Source: an uncultured Nitrososphaeraceae archaeon (lineage in GTDB: Archaea; Thermoproteota; Nitrososphaeria; Nitrososphaerales; Nitrososphaeraceae). From it: a DNA stretch of 64,000 nt. The position numbers and the translations under genes are program-made. The notes below the pieces were generated by a model. It was not told where the DNA came from. It made no database searches and saw nothing but the letters and a program-made list of their open reading frames with translations. Position 1 is the first letter of the stretch. Each line of letters begins with the position of its first letter. The stretch spans positions 128,001 to 192,000 of the forward strand of contig CAVSMN010000011.1 of the NCBI GenBank assembly GCA_963729045.1, read 5' to 3'. Below, piece after piece: positions 55,899-64,000 of the stretch.

Positions 55899-56963
55899 TC
55901 ATGGAATTAATACCCCTCTTCCAATTATCTGACCCTCTTTCAATAATTTTATAGCTTCATTAACATCATCCAGTTTAAATTTGGTTATATTATTCCTAAT
56001 TTTACCCTCATTTAATAATTCGATTACCTCTCTTAATTCATTATAATTGCCCCACAAGGATCCAAATATTTTAAATTCATTTAATACAGTCATTGCTATT
56101 GGAATTTTAGCTGCTGTTCCAAACAGACCCACTATTACTACCGAACCTCCTTTTGCTAATATACTGATAGAGTCATAAAATGTCTTGTCTGTCCCTACGC
56201 AATCAATGATGACGTCTAGCATCTTGTTTCCTGTTTCGGCCTTAATTCTGTCAACTAAATTATCAGTGGAATGTAGATTGACTAAATGATCCGCGCCGCA
56301 TTTGCTTGCTAATTCTAACTTATTGTCAGATCTATCCATGGCAAATACTTTAGACCCACCTCCCAAGATTTTTGCATATTGTACCGCATATGAGCCTAAA
56401 CCACCTATTCCAATTATCCCAATATTTTTTCCTGGTCCAAGCATGTTCTTCACCTTTTTGATTGCTCTGTAGGGTGTCAAACCTGCATCAGTCAATGGTG
56501 CTAAATTCTCAGGTTTAGTTCCCGAAGCACGAACATTCACTAAGAATCTGTATGAAGGAACTAAGACATATTCAGAAAATCCCCCGTCAAAAGACGATAA
56601 CCCGGGCCATTTAGCAAAAGCACAAAGTTGTTCATCTCCTGACTTGCAATGTATACACCAACCACAACCCCAGCCCCCAAAAACTGCAACTAGGTCACCA
56701 GGTTTCATGATATTTTCCGGTACTGATTTACCAACATCTTCAATCCATCCCGCTATCTCGTGTCCTGGTGTCTTTGGTAGATTTAATGGGATAATATCTT
56801 TCCATTCGCCACTAATAAGATGAAGGTCGCTATGGCATAATCCTGAAGCTCCTACCTTTACGAGCACTTCTTCGTCACCTCTTATGACGGGTTTGGAAAT
56901 ATTATCCAATTCTAAATGTTTGTTATACTCGTGAATTCTAGCTGATCTAATATATCCATCCAT
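55899..56963 (-). CDS. Zn-dependent NAD(P) alcohol dehydrogenase
   Basis: GLCHSD, GHE, CGWC..C..G.EQLC, LTDAGLTPY, GIGGLG. Confidence 0.92.
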   Translation of the reverse strand: MDGYIRSARIHEYNKHLELDNISKPVIRGDEEVLVKVGASGLCHSDLHLISGEWKDIIPLNLPKTPGHEIAGWIEDVGKSVPENIMKPGDLVAVFGGWGCGWCIHCKSGDEQLCAFAKWPGLSSFDGGFSEYVLVPSYRFLVNVRASGTKPENLAPLTDAGLTPYRAIKKVKNMLGPGKNIGIIGIGGLGSYAVQYAKILGGGSKVFAMDRSDNKLELASKCGADHLVNLHSTDNLVDRIKAETGNKMLDVIIDCVGTDKTFYDSISILAKGGSVVIVGLFGTAAKIPIAMTVLNEFKIFGSLWGNYNELREVIELLNEGKIRNNITKFKLDDVNEAIKLLKEGQIIGRGVLIP

Positions 56964-57125
56964 TCATATCCTTTATATTCAGCATAGAAAAATCTTGTTA
57001 AAATAAAAGTCAGTATTATCAAGTTGACTAGTTGCTAACGATCCCATTATGATGGTGTCAAATAATAGTTAAATTAGTCAAGTTAGGGCCAGCAATTTTA
57101 TATAGATCAATCTTTTCAGGATTAT

Positions 57126-57626
57126 ATGAGTCTCGACTCTATCGGAATCACAAATTTAATGAATAAAAATATTATAGTTGCTGAACAGAATATGAATTTA
57201 ATCGGCGTATCGAGAATAATGTCTAATAACAATATTGGCTGTGTGGTCATTGTAGACAATCTAGAAACCCGAAAGCCTCTTGGAATTATTACCGAAAGAG
57301 ATATCATTAGAACAATTGGTATGTTACAACCACATCAGATGGTAGTCCCTGTAAGAGAACATATGAGCCATCCTTTAATCACACTTTCATCAAACGCAAC
57401 CGTTTCAGATGCTATGAAATTGATGTATGAAAGAAAAATAAGGAGAGTTATCATTTTAGAGAAGGATAAATTGGCCGGAATTTTAACTGATAAAGATATC
57501 TTTAGATATTTGGTTGAAAACAAAGACTTGCTCTCTACTGTTATAGCAAGCAATCTTCCAATCCCAGAGAAACAAATGAAAGATGAAATTTCACATTTTT
57601 GGTTTATTAATACTTTTATTGAATAA
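57126..57626 (+). CDS. tandem CBS-domain protein
   Basis: IGCVVIV..GIITERD and IRRVII..GILTDKD. Confidence 0.9.
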   Translation: MSLDSIGITNLMNKNIIVAEQNMNLIGVSRIMSNNNIGCVVIVDNLETRKPLGIITERDIIRTIGMLQPHQMVVPVREHMSHPLITLSSNATVSDAMKLMYERKIRRVIILEKDKLAGILTDKDIFRYLVENKDLLSTVIASNLPIPEKQMKDEISHFWFINTFIE

Positions 57627-57741
57627 ATAGTGATTAATTGAAGAGAATTAATGAAATAACTCTATTGAAATGATTTATAAAAAGTCAACCCCCATAATTC
57701 ATCAATCTTTAAATGGTTTTCAATGCAATGTAATTTAGGTA

Positions 57742-59274
57742 ATGAATCCTTTTTTTACATACTTTGATACACTAACAAACGCCTTTGATGCATATACATC
57801 AGGTACCAAAATACTGTCAAAATATAATCAAGCATACATCGAGAGTTATTTCAATGTTTTAGCAGATTACCAGAAACAGGCTACCGAATACAAAAATTTT
57901 AGAGTTTTTAATAATCTAAGGTACTTGTTACCAACAGAAGAATCATACGGTGAATGGTTAAAAAACACCGATACAAAGTTAAATGATTTGTTAAAATCAG
58001 AAGAATTTTCATCTTCATTATCAAAGTATGTAAACTCCCATCTAGAATTACATCGGTTATTGAAAGCTCAGGGATATCCTATCCAACACTTTGAAGATAT
58101 TTATGAATACATTACAAACAATTGGAACTCATATTATACTAGTAGAAAAGAAAAGGCAATCTCAGAGTTTAAAATATTATATAAAAAAGACAATGTAAGA
58201 CTAATCCGCTTTATAGCCGACTATGATAAGTCTACTGCTAACAATGGCAAAAATCCGCTTTTAATAATTTATGCTCCAATAAATCAATTTCACATTATGG
58301 ATATTAATCCTAATAGAAGTGTTGTTAAATCGCTTTTATCCAAAGGAATAGACGTCTACCTGCTTGATTGGGGTTATCCCACCTCAAAATATGATAGGCT
58401 TTCATTATATGATTACGTAACGTATGTAAGAGACGCGGTACAATTCATTCAAAAACAATCCTCTACATTCATCTCTGTAGATATGCAAGAAGAAATAAAG
58501 GACAAGAATACGAATCAAATGAACTTAGAAATAAAAAATACGAAAAAAAATGATTTGATTGATAAATCTGGTTCAGATACTAGCAGTAGCAGTAACAGAG
58601 TTAATCAAAATTCTACCTATCCCGAGCAGAAAATATCAATCCTGGGATATTGTTGGGGAGGAATTATAGCATTATGTTATGCTTCTTTGCATAATAATGA
58701 TATAAGAAATTTAACACTTCTAGCGGTCCCTGTTGATTCGAGCAAAGATCAAACTATTCTCTCAACTTGGGCTAAGAACCTTAATGCGGACAAAATAATT
58801 GATGAGTTTGGTCATTTAAATGGGCAAGTTCTAGATATAGGATTCATGATGCGTAATCCTATGAGATATACGATAGATAAATATCTTACAATGGCTAAAA
58901 AATACAACGATAAAGAATTCATGGATATATTCAGATCTGTTGAAGAATGGCTTTATAACACGCCAAACATTCCAGGAAAACTTTTTAAGGATATCATAAA
59001 TGAGTGCTACAAGAATAACTCACTTGTGAAAAATAACATGCGAGTAAATAATGAAATTATTAACCTCAAGAAAATAAATGTCCCAATCCAAACAATTGTA
59101 GCTGAAAATGATGATCTTGTGTCTCCAGAGTCAACAATGGAAATCGAGAATTGTGTCTCCAGTAACACAAAAAAAATGATTAAATTTAAGGGTGGTCATG
59201 TTGGATTATGTGTAAGCGGATCTGCGCACAGTCAATTGTGGCCAGAAGTTGCCGATTGGATTTTAATAAACTGA
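57742..59274 (+). CDS. phaC: class III polyhydroxyalkanoate synthase with PhaE-like N-terminal extension
   Basis: PLLIIYAPIN..HIMD..P.RSVV, VYLLDWG, lipase box GYCWGG, END.LV (Asp), GGHVG (His), LWP. Confidence 0.82.
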   Translation: MNPFFTYFDTLTNAFDAYTSGTKILSKYNQAYIESYFNVLADYQKQATEYKNFRVFNNLRYLLPTEESYGEWLKNTDTKLNDLLKSEEFSSSLSKYVNSHLELHRLLKAQGYPIQHFEDIYEYITNNWNSYYTSRKEKAISEFKILYKKDNVRLIRFIADYDKSTANNGKNPLLIIYAPINQFHIMDINPNRSVVKSLLSKGIDVYLLDWGYPTSKYDRLSLYDYVTYVRDAVQFIQKQSSTFISVDMQEEIKDKNTNQMNLEIKNTKKNDLIDKSGSDTSSSSNRVNQNSTYPEQKISILGYCWGGIIALCYASLHNNDIRNLTLLAVPVDSSKDQTILSTWAKNLNADKIIDEFGHLNGQVLDIGFMMRNPMRYTIDKYLTMAKKYNDKEFMDIFRSVEEWLYNTPNIPGKLFKDIINECYKNNSLVKNNMRVNNEIINLKKINVPIQTIVAENDDLVSPESTMEIENCVSSNTKKMIKFKGGHVGLCVSGSAHSQLWPEVADWILIN

Positions 59275-59706
59275 TCATATCGATTAACCGAAGCCGATAT
59301 ATTATCTAAGAACATCAATCCGACACTTAGTAAAGTTAGTATAGTCTTTATTTCTTTATTAGTTCTAAATCAATTAACGAGTTGATACATTAGTATGTCC
59401 CATCCTTAATGTACCCTATTCAAAATTCAAATGTTATATCTTATTGATTGTATTAATTCTTATCATAGAACTATTCCCCCATGTTATTTATTTTGAGCCA
59501 TATGGCGTGTAATCTTTAAGCCTGACATTTGTCAACAGAATCTGTCTTTATTTAATAATGTAATTGACTATAGAGGGCCGGACAGGCTTCTTTAGATAAA
59601 TAAGTTTGGAAATACAATGAACCGATTTTTATGGCTTTATCTTTGTGAAGAATTTCTGATCAATCAATTTTCATCTACATCCTTAACTTTTTAGTTAATT
59701 TTAATA

Positions 59707-60420
59707 TTGGTATCTTCTTTATCATACATGCATACCTTATTCCGAGACCGCGTAGATGCTGGACATCAACTTGCCACAAGGATAAGATGGTATCTAAATG
59801 AAGAACTAACAAATATTACCGCTTCAAAAAATGAACTGATGGTGTTGGCGATACCACGAGGAGGTATTATTCTTGCAAATATTATAGCGTCTTATCTTGA
59901 ATGTGAACTGGATATATTAGTTCTCAAGAAAAATTAGGTACGAATTAAACGAAGAATTGGCAATAGGGGCTGTGATGCCTGATGGATCTTTCTTTATAAG
60001 CGATAAAAATAACTTAGAGTCCTTCCCATCTCTCAAAAGTACTTGGAGCAGGAAATTGAGATCCAAAAGAAGGAAATTACACGTCGATTAATTGAGTTTA
60101 GAGGGACTACTTCTTATGCCAATAAATTAAATGACAAAATTGTGATATTAGTAGATGATGGAATAGCAACAGGAGCTACCATTGTCGCAGCTGCACAATG
60201 GCTTAAAAATAATCATTTTTATAAGAAATTTGTTATTGCAGTTACAGTTGCCCCTGCAGGATCTGAAGTTATTAGAGACTAAGCACTATCGCTGATAAAG
60301 TAATTATATTATATTCTTCAGAAGAATTTAGTGCGGTAGGGCAATTTTATAGACATCTTTAATCAGGTTAGTGACATAGAAGTAAAAGAGATAATGAGAA
60401 CATATCACTATAATATTTGA
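59707..60420 (+). CDS. phosphoribosyltransferase, Rv0571c/Rv2030c-N-like (several frameshifts)
   Basis: FRDRVDAG..LA, LAIPRGG, ELAIGAV, ILVDDGIATGAT, AVGQFY..F.QV. Confidence 0.82.
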
Positions 60421-61241
60421 TTTACCGGGGTTTAAAGTCATAGGGTGCTTATAGGACGTTTACAGATTATGGTAAAAACAAATTCTCAAGTCCATAATCA
60501 CTTATTTTTTTAAGCAAAACCCTTTTTAAATGACATAAGTAGGTTTAGATATCTAGATTTAAATGGACCGCATACATATCAATTAGGTTCGAAATGTAGT
60601 TCGGTCTTATATCATGATCATTATTTGAGCAATTTTTTTTACTCATCAATTTGTTATCGATCGAATCAGATAGATTGACAAGTTAGTTATTTGCATGAAA
60701 TGACTTTGACTAAAAAGTATAATTAAAGGGAAGTTGATTTGATTCGTATGATTGAGAGCTACGGGAACAACATCAATTCTAATAAATTTTATCTCTCTAC
60801 ACTGCAGAAAAATCAAAAATGCATCATTATGTGAGGATCATGATAGAGCGTATGATATCTCTGATAAACTATGACAATAAAATAAATAGGACATACTGAT
60901 GATGAAAATCTTCTAAAATTATAAGCTTTCTCTGCAAGAAATATCCGGCAAAATCGAATCTAAATCTAAAGAACCTGCACAGAAAGATGGAGTAACATTG
61001 ACTGACTAATTAAAAGACTAATTGTCATATATCAAGCATCTACTGTATTTTGTATTTAAGATTATTGTGAATAAGATATAGTCGTTACATTTCTATTTGA
61101 CATCTTGCTCTTTAGATTTGGATTTTGATGGTATTGACAGACTATTTATGAAATGATTTTACCAAAATAGCAACCTTTCCAGATTCTTGCTATCCTTATA
61201 AATCGAGATCTCGGTTAATAATAACTGCGTGAATTACATAA

Positions 61242-62608
61242 GTGAATTTATACTATGATCTACAAGACGACTCTAAAGACATAGATATTCTATTAGACAG
61301 AATTGGTGAGGCTGAATATGTTTTATTGGGGGAAGCCTCTCATGGGACCTCTGAATTTTATAGATGGCGCACAGAATTATCAAAACGCTTGATAGCCGAT
61401 AAGGGTTTCTCATTTATTTCGGTAGAGGGGGATTGGCCGGATTGCTATAAAGTAAATAAATATGTAAAAGGTAATACTAAATCTTACAAAACTGCAAATG
61501 AAGTTCTTCATTCTTTTAACAGATGGCCCACATGGATGTGGGCCAATAAGGAAATGATAGAGTTAGTTGAATGGATGAAGAACTTTAATGAAAGCATTAT
61601 TGATAACACAGATAGTAAAGTCGGTTTTTACGGATTGGATCTTTATAGTTTATGGGAATCGATGGAAGAAATAATATGTTATCTAAAAAAAGTCAGATCC
61701 TTCTATCTTACAAGATGCTATAAGGGCCTACAACTGTTTTGAACCGTATAACAAAGAAGTACAAGCGTATGCACAAGCGACAGCATTTGTTCCGAAGAAT
61801 TGTGAAAAGGAAGTTATCGAATTGCTTGTCTCCTTAAGAAATAAGCAAACCGTTATATAGTAACAAACAAGAGAATGAAGAGGATTACTTTAACGCAGAA
61901 CAAAATGCAATTACAGTAAAGGATGCCGAAAATTACTATCGAACAATGATAAAAGGGGATGTAAATTCGTGGAATTTAAGAGATATTCACATGGTGAATA
62001 CTTTAGAACGCTTAATTAGTTTTTATAGTAACAGAAACCATGTCAAAAGCCCAAAGGCTATAGTATGGGCCCACAATACCCATATTGGAGATGCCAGGTT
62101 CACGGATATGGCACCCTCCGGTATGATAAATATTGGACAATTAGTAAGAGAAAGAAAAGGCATACAAAAAACAGTCTTGATCGGATTTAGTACTTATGAA
62201 GGCACAGTTATTGCAGCAAATGAATGGGGCGGAAAAATGGAAATAATGAATGTACCTCAAGCAAAGGAAGGAAGTTGGGATCATATATTACACAATCTTA
62301 CTAGCAATTCCAAAAAGGATAGGAAAAACAAATTAATTATTTTTGAGAGAAATAAAGAAATCATAACTATTTTAGAATCTAACAAAGTGAATTACATTTA
62401 CGATGAAAATTATGAAAATAGAGGTCAGAGAGCCATAGGAGTTGTCTATAATCCCAAATACGAAAAATATGGTAATTATGTACCCACTATACTACCTCTG
62501 AGATATGATGTATTGTTATTCGTTGATAGTACTAATGCCCTTTATCCATTACATTTAAAACAAGTTGAGGATAAAGATCTTCCCGATACTTTTCCCAGAG
62601 GCGAATAG
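61242..62608 (+). CDS. erythromycin esterase family protein (frameshifted)
   Basis: LLGEASHGTSEFY, VEGDWPD, RWPTWMWAN, FYGLDLYS, SWNLRD.HM, WAHNTHIGDAR, QRAIGVVY. Confidence 0.88.
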
Positions 62609-62984
62609 TTTATCTAGGGATTTACTGTGTATCAGGATAAATACTAAAAAAGGGTTCAGCCCATTAGCAAAGATCAATCACAGCACTCATTTGAAATTAT
62701 TTGCCTCTTATAATGTTATGATAATTCTAATTGGTAACTATGCTATCCAGTATGGTCACATATGTGAAATTGCAAATATTGCGTACTGTAGATATTAATG
62801 AGTCATTACTATATATGAAGCACATATATAAAAATATATTTGAATGTTCGAATTCAAAATTTCAGAGTTAATATTTCAGAAAGGTAACCCTGAAGATATT
62901 GCTCAAATATCGCAAATTTGACTATTTTATTAGTCTCGGTAATATGTAAAATCTATTTAAATAACTTCCTATAACAAATACTAA

Positions 62985-63576
62985 ATGTCATCTTCGACAT
63001 CTGATATATCGAAAGATAAATCAAAAGATAAATCTTATAAAGACGACACCGGCCTGAAAAGTCAACCTGAGAATACAATAAATACACCTAATACATCATA
63101 TCCGAACCTGTATGATGATTTTTTTGAAACCTATTGGCAAAATATGCAAAATATTATGGGACAAGTTATGGCCGTCATCGATGCTTCCTTCTATGAGAAC
63201 AATGACACCATTTGAGTTATTTGATAAAGTGACAGATACAAGACTACCATTATGCGATGTTATTGACAGAGGAGATAAATATGAAATAAACTTAGAAGTA
63301 CCAGGTATTAACAAGGAAAAAATTGATGTAAAGGCAACAAAGAATTCGATTAGTGTTTCAGGATCTCAAACAGAAAAAACCAAAGAAAAAGGTAAAAAAT
63401 ATGTTTATAGCGAAAGGTCATACAAAGCATTTCATAGACAGATACCATTTGTAGACGAAATTATTCCTTCTCAAATCAGTGCAAAAGTAATGGATGGTGT
63501 ACTAGAGATTAATGCACCAAAGAAAAATCCCACTAAAGTAGATGGAAATGAGGAATTTAAAGTCGATATAAGCTAA
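62985..63576 (+). CDS. Hsp20/alpha-crystallin small heat-shock protein (frameshift near 63158)
   Basis: LEVPGINKEKIDV, ERSY..F.R.I, AKVMDGVLEINAPK. Confidence 0.88.
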
Positions 63577-64000
63577 AATATATCTCAATTTGAAGTTGAT
63601 TATTGAAAAAAAACAAAATTAAGATTATAATACATACTTTGACATCTCAAACATCATGATTTTACTTGTTCGACGCTGGTATTCAAAATTTACATGTAAG
63701 GGATTTCAATGTTTTGAAATAATATCTCAACCAATTAAAGATTAAGACGTAGAGTTTTTTTCTACTCAAATATTTCCCATATGTGGGGAGTAATCAGATT
63801 ATGAACGAATGAAATCCAAAGGCTTTGTTTATTGTTGATTACAACATTGAATTTTGGACTAGAATTTGTCAGTATTATAGGAATAATTGTATAGATTTGA
63901 ATCATAAATTGTAAACAATCTTCATGAGATGATGACTCCCACCATACATTGTGCAGATAAATTTATTATGGATCGTGGTGACTCCGTATCCTGTACATTG

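Noticed and set aside
61242..62608. Macrolide resistance gene (ereA/ereB)
   Set aside because: Motifs and context fit the broad Rv2030c-like subfamily; family membership does not show resistance
37666..64000. attR direct repeat of the tRNA 3' end
   Set aside because: No copy was found by eye, so the element boundary is not called

Overview
AT-rich archaeal chromosome segment, most consistent with an ammonia-oxidising archaeon of the Nitrososphaerales (Ca. Nitrosocosmicus-like; inferred from gene content). The left part (1-17 kb) is mostly core metabolism: gdhA, an Fe-S carrier, the ADP-forming 3-hydroxypropionyl-CoA synthetase of the 3HP/4HB cycle, Sua5/Cgi121/THUMP, FolE, a CbbQ/NorQ-type AAA+ with vWA partner, and transaldolase, transketolase and a transketolase-epimerase fusion. 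The 17-37 kb part holds HtrA, a second AAA+/vWA pair, surface proteins with tandem repeats, a dimeric dUTPase, a GNAT + amidohydrolase pair and a K+ channel. tRNA-Ala(CGC) at 37591-37665 is followed by seven TGTTAACA palindromes and a tyrosine recombinase that appears to carry an N-terminal ribbon-helix-helix domain. Accessory DNA follows: duplicated HTH genes, a PQQ-dehydrogenase/cupredoxin operon led by a membrane protein + wHTH pair, an arsenic cluster with a Cys-bearing HxlR regulator, and a multicopper oxidase. The window ends with a stress/storage cluster (CoA-transferase, two USPs, VIT1, ADH, CBS, putative PhaE-PhaC fusion, PRTase, erythromycin-esterase family, Hsp20) whose gene families parallel the mycobacterial DosR dormancy regulon. 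About 18 genes are split, mostly by single-base indels (insertions where the junction could be resolved). These are probably consensus errors, so 'frameshifted' should not be read as 'dead'. All family calls come from motif recognition by eye; no database searches were run.
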